From contig JAWLHB010000033.1 in assembly GCA_041690595.1 (NCBI GenBank), forward strand, positions 1 to 64,000: a stretch of 64,000 nucleotides of DNA, read 5' to 3'. A program made the translations under genes and the position numbers. This DNA comes from Lentisphaeria bacterium (GTDB lineage: Bacteria > Verrucomicrobiota > Lentisphaeria > JABSQK01 > JAWLHB01). The notes beneath the pieces are model-generated. The model saw only the letters and a program-made list of their open reading frames with translations. It made no database searches and was not told the DNA's origin. This document shows, one piece after another, positions 49,696-62,407 of this stretch (its first letter is position 1; the number at the start of each line of letters is the position of its first letter).

Positions 49696-50406
49696 TCAGT
49701 CGAGGAAGACATCATCAGAAGGTGCTTGAGAGGCATGAGTATTCTTGAGTACCAATTGAGAAAAAAGATGAACCGGTAATATCTCGATCCTACCATCCAA
49801 GTATATAGAAGTAATCCAGTCTCTATTCAAAATTGAATACAGAAGCGGATCATCATATTTGAAGTCCTGCATCTTCCTCCTGTAATTGTATATGAATGGA
49901 AAGGCTCTGCTTGCTAAATAATCGTGCGATACATTTCTATCTATATTGTCATAAGAGAATATTCTTCCTGACAGAGGAATGCTTTGGTCCACGGCTAGAG
50001 TATATATTGACGGCGGCAGATATCCACCATAGGAATCACTGTAGGTATAAATTGCATTGTGAAGCAAAATGAATGTGCCTCTCTCCCTGAATAGAAGTTT
50101 TAAGTCTTGCCTCACAATATAGGATGGCACTAGTATAATTACGCACGCACAAGATGCTATCATATAGTTTGCTCTCTCATGTTTCCTTGCTATCAACAAA
50201 TGGCATAAAGAAACGAACATTATACTCAATGCAACTAGCGGTGCAACAAAGGCCACTGCTCCTGGTGGATAGCTTCTGTGAGTCAATATTGTTGTTCTCC
50301 ACCCAGTATAGGTCCAGATGAACCACAGAAGATTGAGGCAGGATACAACCATTAAGATTCCGCCATCGCTCCTGATGTATCGTAGGCTATTCTTTAAGAA
50401 GTACAT
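49696..50406 (-). CDS. AT-rich 3-TM protein with a degenerate DUF1559/H-X9-DG-like C-terminal domain
   Basis: LHNAIYTYSDSYGGYLPPS and SIYLDGRIE resemble PVC pilin-like bodies. Confidence 0.6.
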   Translation of the reverse strand: MYFLKNSLRYIRSDGGILMVVSCLNLLWFIWTYTGWRTTILTHRSYPPGAVAFVAPLVALSIMFVSLCHLLIARKHERANYMIASCACVIILVPSYIVRQDLKLLFRERGTFILLHNAIYTYSDSYGGYLPPSIYTLAVDQSIPLSGRIFSYDNIDRNVSHDYLASRAFPFIYNYRRKMQDFKYDDPLLYSILNRDWITSIYLDGRIEILPVHLFSQLVLKNTHASQAPSDDVFLD

Positions 50407-51394
50407 CTGCACTTCTCTCATGGTTTGAAATGGAAACATGATAGAGGTAGATATCTTCCAATTCTATTGACGTTTCGATTCCATGATTTACGCCGGGTTT
50501 CAGTGGTAATAGGCTTCTATCCGCCGTCTCCTTCGCGATTTCGTCCCGCCATTGTAAACATGCAGCTACGGAACCAATGCTATCAGAGGCCAATCTCACC
50601 ATGAATCTTTTCCACGTGTAGCTAATGAGATTCTTGTGGACAAAACCTGGATATACGGAATAGCCTTCGGTATCGAGTACGTGCCCGATACGTCGCAACT
50701 TTTTTTGTTCAGCATACAATCGAATGGGACCAGCCGGAAGTTTTTCTTCAATGTCATCCAGAAACGAGCTGCAGAAAGGCCTGCTGAAGGCACGCATACA
50801 TCCCCTGATGGATTGCACCATTGATCTGGTGACGCGGTATCGACCTGCTATCCATATGAAGTCGAAGGAATCTTGAGGACAACGTTCAATGTCCGGTCGA
50901 TGGTACTGCGACCACATCAGTTTGTTGGCAACGACGTGATCATCAAACCGCCACAGTTTTTCAGACAGTGAGTCCGGATTCATCCCGGATGACGCAAGAG
51001 CCTGCACCACAGAATCATGCCGAAATATCAGCGGCATAAGTTCCCTGAGAAGAAGCGTCTCTCGATGAACCTGATGACTGGCGGATTCAAGTACTCTGCG
51101 AGCAATGCCATCGTACGCGATCTCATCCATCCAATCCAATTCTTTCACTGAACGGCTGCGGTTGAGCAGTGTGTGCTTGCAGTGTGATCTGATGCTTAGC
51201 GGAATACGTTGATTGGAACTCTCTGGCCATAGGGGCCAAGGCTCAAAAACGAGATCAGCAGGGTCGTGCGAATTGATCAGACGCGCAAGAGTGGAGCAGG
51301 ATAACCACGCGAGATAGCACAACGGATGAATGGTGCCACGATTATACCAAATCGCGAACTCTCTAAAGGGATACAGGCTATCTAACAGCTCCAT
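50387..51394 (-). CDS. Hypothetical protein (lower GC, no recognisable motif)
   Basis: 335-aa ORF in a region where the other frames are frequently closed. Confidence 0.6.
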   Translation of the reverse strand: MELLDSLYPFREFAIWYNRGTIHPLCYLAWLSCSTLARLINSHDPADLVFEPWPLWPESSNQRIPLSIRSHCKHTLLNRSRSVKELDWMDEIAYDGIARRVLESASHQVHRETLLLRELMPLIFRHDSVVQALASSGMNPDSLSEKLWRFDDHVVANKLMWSQYHRPDIERCPQDSFDFIWIAGRYRVTRSMVQSIRGCMRAFSRPFCSSFLDDIEEKLPAGPIRLYAEQKKLRRIGHVLDTEGYSVYPGFVHKNLISYTWKRFMVRLASDSIGSVAACLQWRDEIAKETADRSLLPLKPGVNHGIETSIELEDIYLYHVSISNHERSADVLLKE

Positions 51395-51766
51395 TAGTGC
51401 TGATCTTTACCGTTCGGCATTTTCAGAATTCTCTTTCACGGTTTTCTTGACGCTCCCGATGAACATTGTCCACAGTACTCGTGGTGACGCGGCCCTCGTG
51501 GTCGCTCCAGATGCCGTCCGTAGCCCACCGCGTAGCGCAGCCGAAGTAGTCGAACTCGGGATTCTCCCGGTAGTCGGTGTGGATGCCACTGGAGAGGTAC
51601 CATTGGCAGAGCGTAGCGCACGAGAAAGGGGATTGCAAGTGCCACAGAGTGTGGATTTAAGAAGATGAGATCCTCTTGATGCGGATATGCTTGCTTTTGC
51701 TGACCGTTAAGCTATCTTCACTGTAGTCGAATGTCCATCATCCGAAATGACCAAACGAGGCCTGAC

Positions 51767-52216
51767 ATGTACAGGCGAGAACTGTTGATGATGCTCGCCC
51801 TCATCCTGGTGGCGACAGCCTGGGGGCAGGAGAGTGGTAATCTGTGGGAACGGCTCTCCAATCGAGAAAGGCGCCCCGACATCGTGAAGGAGAGCGAGCG
51901 ACCGAGGGAGGATCCTGGTGCCATCCCGGTACGTGTCCTCCCCACGCTTTCCGATGAACAGCTGCGGCAGCAGCGGCTGGAAGCCGTGAAGAACGGCTAC
52001 GCCGAAGCTCAGAAGCTCCCTCCATACCTCGATCGCGAACGGGTGCGGGTAATCCGACAGGGTTCCCTCACCGACGAGCGCCGCGCCGCGGTCCACTACC
52101 GCTACGACGCCGATGGCGATGGCGAGCTCGATGAGGTTGAAAGAGCGGTTGCCCGAAAGGCCGCCCACGAGCGGCTGCTCGACTTCATCAAGGAATCGAA
52201 AAACGCCGGGCAGTGA
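51767..52216 (+). CDS. Secreted protein with a single EF-hand-like loop
   Basis: Signal peptide ending ATAWG; DADGDGELDEVE loop. Confidence 0.7.
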   Translation: MYRRELLMMLALILVATAWGQESGNLWERLSNRERRPDIVKESERPREDPGAIPVRVLPTLSDEQLRQQRLEAVKNGYAEAQKLPPYLDRERVRVIRQGSLTDERRAAVHYRYDADGDGELDEVERAVARKAAHERLLDFIKESKNAGQ

Positions 52217-52290
52217 AGAGCGCTTGCGCCACGCTGCTCCAACGCGCATAGTACCTGCTTCTCCTTCACCCCCAGCAGGCGCGTTCCTTC

Positions 52291-54132
52291 ATGTTCCGAA
52301 AACCTGCCAGCGCACAAGACCGGGATGATGAGCGGAAGCGGAAGCCCCGGGGATTGCCGCCCAACGTGATGCTCGCGGTTGGCTTCCTCGCCGCCATCTC
52401 GCTTATCGGGGGTCAGGGCTTCGGCATCAGTCGCTGGTTTGCCATCCTCCTCATGGTCGTGGATGTCGCGGCTGCCGGATGCTTTATTGCGGACCTTGCC
52501 CTCCTCCTGCGGCGCGCTCGCGATCAAGATCTGCTCCTGCGATCACGCTGGTACGAGTACGCCCTGATTATTCTCTTCGGCGTGGGCCTGCTGATGCTCG
52601 CAATCCTCTTTCTGCTGGGCATTCTGGAGGCCATGGCGGAATGGACGATGCTCGACTCACCCGGCATCTTCTTCCTGATCCTCATCCGCCTCTTTGTCCT
52701 CCTCAACATCGCCATTCGGCTCCTCCGATCACAGGCTCGCCTCCTGGCGCTGGGCTTTCGCGCGGAGTACATGCTCATGGGCTCGTTTGCCCTGCTCGTC
52801 CTGGTGGGATGGGCTCTCCTCATGCTGCCCCGCGCCAACGCCCCGGGCATCGCCCCCATTCCCGCCATCGACGCTCTCTTTACCGCCACCAGCGCCGTTT
52901 GCGTCACCGGACTCACCGTTCGCGACACCGGCATCGCCTTCAGCGGCTTCGGCCAGACCATCATCGCCCTCCTCTTCCAGGTCGGCGGCATGGGCATCAT
53001 CACCTTCGTCGCCCTCGTCAGCCTGCTCTCCGGCAAGGCGCTCTCCGTTCCCCAGATGGTTACCTTGCGCGAGATCGTCAACGCCCATACCATTTCCGAA
53101 GTGAAGCGCTACATACTCGGTATCGTCCTGATCACCCTCGGCATCGAACTCATTGGCGCGCTCCTGCTCTACGCCAGCCTGCCCGACAGCCTGGGCACCG
53201 GCCTTCTTCGCGCCAAATGGGCCATCTTCCACGCCATCTCCGCCTTCTGCAATGCAGGCTTTGGCCTGCATGCGGACAGCCTCTCCGGCTACGTCGGCAA
53301 CTGGGGGATCAATCTCACCGCCATGGGACTTATCGTCATCGGCGGTCTTGGCTTCCCCGTCCTCCTTGACATCCTCGCTTTGCGCATCTCCACCTTTTCC
53401 GCCTACCGCCGCTGGCGCTTCTTCCGCCATCGCACCGACGCCCCGATCCGCCGAAGCCGCCTCTCTCTCCAGACCAGGATCACCCTTGCCATGACCGCTG
53501 TCCTGATCCTTGTCGGCACCGCCGGAATATGGGCTCTCGAGGCCCGCCACCTCCTCGCCCCCTTCTCCGTGCCGGTTCAGGGCCTCGCCGCCATGTTCCA
53601 GGCCATCACCCCGCGTACCGCCGGCTTCAACACCCTCGACATCAGCCAGATGCGCACCGCGACGCAACTATGGACCATGGCACTCATGGTCATCGGCGCC
53701 GGTCCCGTCTCCACCGGCGGCGGCATCAAGACAGTTGCCTTCGGCGTTCTCCTCCTCACCCTCCGCACCTTTCTCACGGGCCGGAAAGAGGTCGAAGCCT
53801 TCGGGCGTGCCATCCCCCCCCGCGTCGTCCACGCCGCCGTCGGCGTCTTCATCATCTACATTCTCGTCGCCGGCATTACCTTGTTCTTCCTCACCATTAC
53901 CGATCCCCAGATGGCCTTGCGCGATCAGCTATTCGAGACGATCAGCGCCCTAAGCACGGTCGGTCTCTCGACGGGTATCACGCAACATTTCAGTGATGGC
54001 GGCAAACTTCTCCTGTGCGCGGCCATGTTCATCGGTCGGATCGGGCCGCTTACACTTGCCATGTCGGTTATCCGCTCCGCCAGAAGCAGTCAGCACTATC
54101 GTTTTCCAGAAGAAGAGGTCGTCGTCAGTTGA
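52291..54132 (+). CDS. TrkH/KtrB potassium uptake permease with an extra N-terminal 4-TM domain
   Basis: SAVCVTGL, SAFCNAGF, RTAGFN, STGGGIK, SALSTVGLS and MFIGRIG motifs. Confidence 0.92.
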   Translation: MFRKPASAQDRDDERKRKPRGLPPNVMLAVGFLAAISLIGGQGFGISRWFAILLMVVDVAAAGCFIADLALLLRRARDQDLLLRSRWYEYALIILFGVGLLMLAILFLLGILEAMAEWTMLDSPGIFFLILIRLFVLLNIAIRLLRSQARLLALGFRAEYMLMGSFALLVLVGWALLMLPRANAPGIAPIPAIDALFTATSAVCVTGLTVRDTGIAFSGFGQTIIALLFQVGGMGIITFVALVSLLSGKALSVPQMVTLREIVNAHTISEVKRYILGIVLITLGIELIGALLLYASLPDSLGTGLLRAKWAIFHAISAFCNAGFGLHADSLSGYVGNWGINLTAMGLIVIGGLGFPVLLDILALRISTFSAYRRWRFFRHRTDAPIRRSRLSLQTRITLAMTAVLILVGTAGIWALEARHLLAPFSVPVQGLAAMFQAITPRTAGFNTLDISQMRTATQLWTMALMVIGAGPVSTGGGIKTVAFGVLLLTLRTFLTGRKEVEAFGRAIPPRVVHAAVGVFIIYILVAGITLFFLTITDPQMALRDQLFETISALSTVGLSTGITQHFSDGGKLLLCAAMFIGRIGPLTLAMSVIRSARSSQHYRFPEEEVVVS

Positions 54133-54182
54133 GGCAACCGCGGTCGCCATCAACGGTACAGACATAAAAGGATGCGCAAGCC

Positions 54183-54857
54183 ATGAAAGTTGTCGTAGTC
54201 GGTTTGGGAGAGTTCGGGCGCACCGCCGCGGTCACCCTCAGTCAGAGCGGCGCTGACGTCATCGCCATCGACACGGATATGCGTCTGGTCGACAAAATAA
54301 AGGATGATGTCTCGCTGGCCGTTGCCCTCGATGCCACGCAGGAGGAATCTCTCAAACAGCATGGCATCGCCGATGCCGATGTCTTCCTCTCCACCATCGG
54401 TCGGAACTTCGAGGCGCAGGTCCTCGTCGTCCTCTTTGCCAAAAAGCTGGGCATTCCCCGAGTCATTGCGCGTGCCACCACCCCCGACCACGCCAGAATC
54501 CTCGAAGCCATCGGCGTCGATCAGGTCGTGCGGCCAGAGGAAGAAGCCGCCCGACTTGTTGTCCAGCGCCTCATGATCCCCAATATCAGCCGCTACTTCG
54601 AACTCGCCGACTACTTCAGCATCGTCGAAATCGAAGCACCTCAGCCGCTTATCGGCAAGACGCTCCGTGAAGCCGACCTGCGCCGAAAGTACCGGATCAA
54701 CCTTGTCGCCATCAAGCGGGTTACCGGCAGCGGTGATGACAAACGCGCCATCTTCAATCCAGTTCCAGAAGCTGACGAACGAATCCAGAAAGGAGACGTT
54801 CTGGCCCTCGTCGGCAGTGACCTCGATCTCGCCGGCTTCATGTCGAGGCTTGATTGA
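54183..54857 (+). CDS. TrkA/KtrA RCK potassium uptake regulatory subunit
   Basis: VVGLGEFG Rossmann motif, VVRPE, and TrkA-C domain. Confidence 0.92.
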   Translation: MKVVVVGLGEFGRTAAVTLSQSGADVIAIDTDMRLVDKIKDDVSLAVALDATQEESLKQHGIADADVFLSTIGRNFEAQVLVVLFAKKLGIPRVIARATTPDHARILEAIGVDQVVRPEEEAARLVVQRLMIPNISRYFELADYFSIVEIEAPQPLIGKTLREADLRRKYRINLVAIKRVTGSGDDKRAIFNPVPEADERIQKGDVLALVGSDLDLAGFMSRLD

Positions 54858-54988
54858 CTCCCTCAGGAGAACTTCACCGAGATGCATGAATCCTCGCTGC
54901 AAGTACTGTTTAAAAACGTGTTGCGGGCATGAGAATTGCGTGCTACGTTACGCTGTTATAAAGCGCGTAATTGGCAGGAAACGGGGAT

Positions 54989-56143
54989 ATGCCAATGTCA
55001 TCCATGCGGTCGGATCATGAAGGCTGTGGAGATCCTGTGTCCACTAGTTCTTCACACCTCATTCTCAACAGCGTCGGCGCTGAGACTCTCCACGACATCG
55101 TCTCCGAGCACCTCCAGCTTCTCGAAACCAGCGCCGCCGTCTATGAGAGAAACGGCGACTATGCGGACGAGATCCTCACCTCCGGCTGGTGTCGTACCAT
55201 GTCGGCCGCCTCCCGCAAGTTGTGCAACACCGATGATGACCGCGTCGCCGCCTCGTGCGGCAAATGGCATTGCCATCACTCCTGCTGGAATGATACCGCC
55301 TCGCGCGCCATTGCCGAGGAACGCCCCGTCGACCTTCCCTGCGCCGGCGGCCTGCGGCTCCTCGCCGTCCCCATCGTTGCCAGCGGCAAGGTCGTCGGCG
55401 CCATCAGCGCCGGTTACGGCAATCCCCCGCTCGATACCGACTCTCTGACGGCTCTCGCCCGGAAGTTCGAAGTCAACGTCGAGGACCTCACCATACAAGC
55501 CCGCGGCTATGTCCCCCGCCCCCCCGAAATCGTTGAACTCGCCAAGAAGCGCCTCGTCATCGCCGCCAGGCTGATCGGCGAGATGGTCAGCCGGGCTCAG
55601 ATCGAACGCCAGTACCACATGCTCTTTCACAGCATGCTCGACGGCTTCGCCCTGCACGAGGTCATCCTCGATGAGAACGACACCGTGGCAGACTACCGTT
55701 TCCTCGACGTCAATCCTGCCTTCGAGAAGCTTACCGGCCTCACTGCCAGGCAGCTCATCGGAAAAACCGTTCTGGAAGTCCTGCCACGCACCGAAAGCTA
55801 CTGGCTGGAGACCTACGGGCAGGTCGCCTTAACTGGCGTCCCCATTCACTTCGAACAATACTCCGCGGAGATCGGCCGCCATTTCCTGGTCTCCGCCTTC
55901 CGCCCACGCGAGGGGCAGTTCGCCTGCATCTTCCATGATCTAAGCGACCGCAAGCTGGCGGAAACCAAGCTCAAGGAACAGGTCAACGAACTCACGCGCT
56001 GGCATGACGTCACCCTCGGCCGCGAGATGCGCGTCATCGAGTTGAAGCATGAAGTCAACCAACTGCTGGCTGCCGCCAGCGCCCCGCCACGCTACCACAT
56101 GGTTGCCGAGACGGATTCCTTGCGGAGCATACCCGATGAGTGA
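54989..56143 (+). CDS. PocR-like ligand-binding plus PAS domain protein with no output domain
   Basis: AVYERNGDY...SGWC...CAGGL...VPI...YG; PAS DYRFLDVNPAFEKLTG; C-terminal GREMRVIELKHEVN helix. Confidence 0.85.
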   Translation: MPMSSMRSDHEGCGDPVSTSSSHLILNSVGAETLHDIVSEHLQLLETSAAVYERNGDYADEILTSGWCRTMSAASRKLCNTDDDRVAASCGKWHCHHSCWNDTASRAIAEERPVDLPCAGGLRLLAVPIVASGKVVGAISAGYGNPPLDTDSLTALARKFEVNVEDLTIQARGYVPRPPEIVELAKKRLVIAARLIGEMVSRAQIERQYHMLFHSMLDGFALHEVILDENDTVADYRFLDVNPAFEKLTGLTARQLIGKTVLEVLPRTESYWLETYGQVALTGVPIHFEQYSAEIGRHFLVSAFRPREGQFACIFHDLSDRKLAETKLKEQVNELTRWHDVTLGREMRVIELKHEVNQLLAAASAPPRYHMVAETDSLRSIPDE

Positions 56144-59100
56144 AGCCATCCTGCCGCTCATTCACAATGCCGCGCTCCTCCTCGCCATCGTCCTTCTTTA
56201 CACCCTCGTGCGACAGCGGCGGCGCTACGGGCTGAGCCGCGTCAGCAAGTGGCTGAGCGGCTCTCTCCTCGGCGCCATCCTCGGCGGCATCGGCATCGCC
56301 GTCATGATGTCGTCGTGGGTCTATCGCGAAGGCATCATCTTCGATACCCGCTCCGTCCTGCTCTGCATTTCAGGCCTCTTTTTCGGCACCATTCCCACCT
56401 TGATCGCCATGCTCATGACCGCCGCCTATCGTCTCTACCTCGGCGGCTCCGCCGCGATCATGGGCATCAGCGTCATCGTCGCCTCGGGTATGCTGGGCAT
56501 CGCGTGGCGCCGCCAGCTACACCTGCGCCGCCGCGCTCTGAAGGAACTGCGCTGGCACCAACTCTACGCGCTGGGCCTGGTCGTTCACCTTGTCATGCTT
56601 GCCCTCACCTTCACCCTGTCATTCGATACGGTGCTGCCGCTGCTTGCCGTCCTTGCCGGACCGGTCATGATCGTCTATCCGGTTGCCACCGCGGCATTGG
56701 GTCTGCTTCTCGTCAACAGCCTCCGCCGCGAGCATGACAGCCAGGAGCTGCGCCGGTCGCGGCGAGAAATCGAAGCCACTCTCTATGGGATCGGCGACGG
56801 CGTGATCGCCGCCGATGCCCAGGGCAAACTCGTCCGCATGAACCCAGTTGCCTCCCAGTTGACGGGCTGGACTGAAGTCGAGGCACGCGGCAAGCCGCTG
56901 CCGGAGGTCTTCCAGATCGTCAACGAAGTGACCGGTCTGGAGGTGGAGAATCCCACCTGCCGTGTCCTCAAGGAAGGACACGTGGTCGGCCTCGCCAATC
57001 ACACCTGCCTTATCGCCAAAGACGGCACCTCCCGGCCCATCGCCGATAGCGGCGCCCCCATCCATGGCGACAACGGCGAGATCGTCGGCGCCGTCCTCGT
57101 CTTCCGCGACCAGAGCCATGAGCGCGAAAAGCATGCCCAGTTGGAGATCAGCGAGAGCCGCTTCCGCGCCCTCTTCGAGCAAGCCGCTGCCGGCGTCGCA
57201 CAGATGGATACGACCACCGGCAGGTTCGTCAAGGTCAACCGCCGCTATGCTGAGATCCTCGGGTACACCACCGAGGAACTCCTCCAGCTCTCCCTCCGCG
57301 ACATTGTTCATGAGCAGGATCTTCACGAAACGCTTGCCTATCTGGAAGGACTTCTCAAGGGGCAACTGCCCGAACTACGCCGCCAGATCCGCTATCGGCA
57401 CAAGGAGGGTCATACCATTTGGATCTCTCTTGCCGCCGCGCCGATCTCCGTGAGCGGTGAGACGGCCATCCATCACGTTGCCGTCGTTCAGGATATCACC
57501 CGACGCATGCTCCTCGAGGAGCGGCGCGAACTCTCCATGCGGATCATCACCACCCTCAACAGCGGCAAAGACCTGACCGTCCAGATCGACCAGGTCCTGA
57601 CCATGCTCAAGCAGGGCCTCAACGCCGAGGCCGCGGCGATTCGACTCCAGAGCTATGATGGCCAATCATCCTTTAACGCCGCGAGTTGCGAACCGGACGA
57701 TGACGGCATGGCCCACAGCCTCTGCCATGGTTTCGGCGACAGAATCGAAGGCACCGTAACCCCCGACGATGCTCCCCTGCCCTGTATTTGCGCACACATC
57801 CTCCACGGCAAGATCGATCCATCCGTGCCAGGCTTCGCCCCTGACGGCACCTTCTGCACCGGTGACAGCAGCCACTGCCTCACCACCTTGCCCGCGACTC
57901 CACATCGGCTCCTCACCCCCAGAAACTGCCTGCGCGCCGGCTATCAATCCCTGGCCATTGTCCCGCTTCATGTCGGCGAGGAAACCATCGGCCTCCTCCA
58001 ACTCGGCTCCCGCCGCCTCAACGCTTTTGACAGAGAGGTGGTCGAATACCTCGAAAGCATCGGCGCCAGCATCGCCATCGCTCTCGATCGCCGCCGCTCG
58101 GAAAGCCGCGCGCTCGCCGCCCAGGCCGAAACACAGCGACTGCTCCTGAACGCAGAAAAGTCGCGACTCGCCCTGCTCAGCATCATGGAAGATCAGAAGC
58201 GATCCGAAGACGAGCGGGAAACCCTGCGCCAGCAGCTATTCCAAGCCCAGAAGATCGAATCCATCGGCCGCCTCGCCGGTGGAGTCGCGCATGACTTCAA
58301 CAACATGCTCAATGTGATTCTCGGCCGCGCTCAGATCGCCGCCATGAAGATCCCAAGCAATTCCCAGGCCTTCGCCGATCTCCAGGAAATCGAGCAGGCC
58401 GCAAGGCGATCCGCCGAACTTACCCGCCAGCTCCTCGCGTTTGCCAGAAAGGAAGCCATTCGCCCAAAACGTCTCGACCTCAACGAGGTCATCGCCGGCA
58501 CCCTCAAGATGCTCCAGCGACTCCTCGGCGAGGGCATTTGCCTGGAATGGCGACCAGGCAGCAATCTGTGGCCCGTTTGCATGGATCCCGCTCAGGTGGA
58601 CCAAATCCTGGCCAACCTCACCGTCAATGCGCGCGACGCCATGAACGGCATCGGATCGATCCATATTTCCACCGCCAACACCGTCCTGACGGAAAGTACG
58701 GTCATGGAGGGGGAAACGGTACCCCCGGGTGACTATGTGAAGATCACCGTCACCGACACGGGATGCGGCATGAGCAAAGAAGTCATGGAGCAGCTCTTCG
58801 AGCCCTTCTTCACGACGAAGGAGATTGGCCGCGGAACCGGCCTCGGCCTCGCCACCATCTACGGCGCGGTGCGTCAGAACAACGGCGCCATCCAGGTACA
58901 CAGCAAAACCGGAGAGGGCGCCACCTTCCGCATGTTCCTGCCCAGGGCCCACGGAGCTGTCGACAGCGACCGCCCCAGTAGCGACCGCCACAATGCCCGC
59001 GGCGCCGAGACCATTCTTCTGGTCGAAGACGAACCTGCCATCCTTCACCTCACCAGCGAAACCCTCGCCATCCATGGGTACCGCGTTCTGCCCGCCTCCA

Positions 59101-59387
59101 CCGCGGAGGAAGCCATGCGCATCGCCCACGAGCATCCAGAACCCATCCACCTCCTCTTCACCGACGTCGTCATGCCGCACATGAACGGCAAGGAGCTCGC
59201 CGAGCATGTCGCCCGACTGCGACCAGAGATCAAGATCCTCTACAGCTCCGGCTATACCGCCGACATCGTAGCCAGCCATGGCATCATCGAAAGCGGCATT
59301 CACTTCATCCAAAAGCCCTATCCCGTTCAAGAGATCGTCAAGCGCGTCCGCGAAGTCCTCGATACCCTGATGCCTGCCGCCGATTGA
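56136..59387 (+). CDS. Hybrid sensor histidine kinase (5TM-5TMR_LYT-like, PAS, PAS, GAF, HisKA, HATPase, REC)
   Basis: [59 protein letters not shown] and SGY...KP motifs. Confidence 0.94.
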   Translation: MSEAILPLIHNAALLLAIVLLYTLVRQRRRYGLSRVSKWLSGSLLGAILGGIGIAVMMSSWVYREGIIFDTRSVLLCISGLFFGTIPTLIAMLMTAAYRLYLGGSAAIMGISVIVASGMLGIAWRRQLHLRRRALKELRWHQLYALGLVVHLVMLALTFTLSFDTVLPLLAVLAGPVMIVYPVATAALGLLLVNSLRREHDSQELRRSRREIEATLYGIGDGVIAADAQGKLVRMNPVASQLTGWTEVEARGKPLPEVFQIVNEVTGLEVENPTCRVLKEGHVVGLANHTCLIAKDGTSRPIADSGAPIHGDNGEIVGAVLVFRDQSHEREKHAQLEISESRFRALFEQAAAGVAQMDTTTGRFVKVNRRYAEILGYTTEELLQLSLRDIVHEQDLHETLAYLEGLLKGQLPELRRQIRYRHKEGHTIWISLAAAPISVSGETAIHHVAVVQDITRRMLLEERRELSMRIITTLNSGKDLTVQIDQVLTMLKQGLNAEAAAIRLQSYDGQSSFNAASCEPDDDGMAHSLCHGFGDRIEGTVTPDDAPLPCICAHILHGKIDPSVPGFAPDGTFCTGDSSHCLTTLPATPHRLLTPRNCLRAGYQSLAIVPLHVGEETIGLLQLGSRRLNAFDREVVEYLESIGASIAIALDRRRSESRALAAQAETQRLLLNAEKSRLALLSIMEDQKRSEDERETLRQQLFQAQKIESIGRLAGGVAHDFNNMLNVILGRAQIAAMKIPSNSQAFADLQEIEQAARRSAELTRQLLAFARKEAIRPKRLDLNEVIAGTLKMLQRLLGEGICLEWRPGSNLWPVCMDPAQVDQILANLTVNARDAMNGIGSIHISTANTVLTESTVMEGETVPPGDYVKITVTDTGCGMSKEVMEQLFEPFFTTKEIGRGTGLGLATIYGAVRQNNGAIQVHSKTGEGATFRMFLPRAHGAVDSDRPSSDRHNARGAETILLVEDEPAILHLTSETLAIHGYRVLPASTAEEAMRIAHEHPEPIHLLFTDVVMPHMNGKELAEHVARLRPEIKILYSSGYTADIVASHGIIESGIHFIQKPYPVQEIVKRVREVLDTLMPAAD

Positions 59388-59511
59388 GGTGGAGGTGAAG
59401 CCATGCTATAGTTCCTCTCTCACAGACCAGGAGGAACCACCCATAGCTGCATTCCATTCACGCCGCCTGGCCCCCCCCACCGATCGCGACAGCGGACGCT
59501 GGCACGAAGAG

Positions 59512-62397
<2,886 letters not shown>

Positions 62398-62407
62398 AGG
62401 TGCCAGC

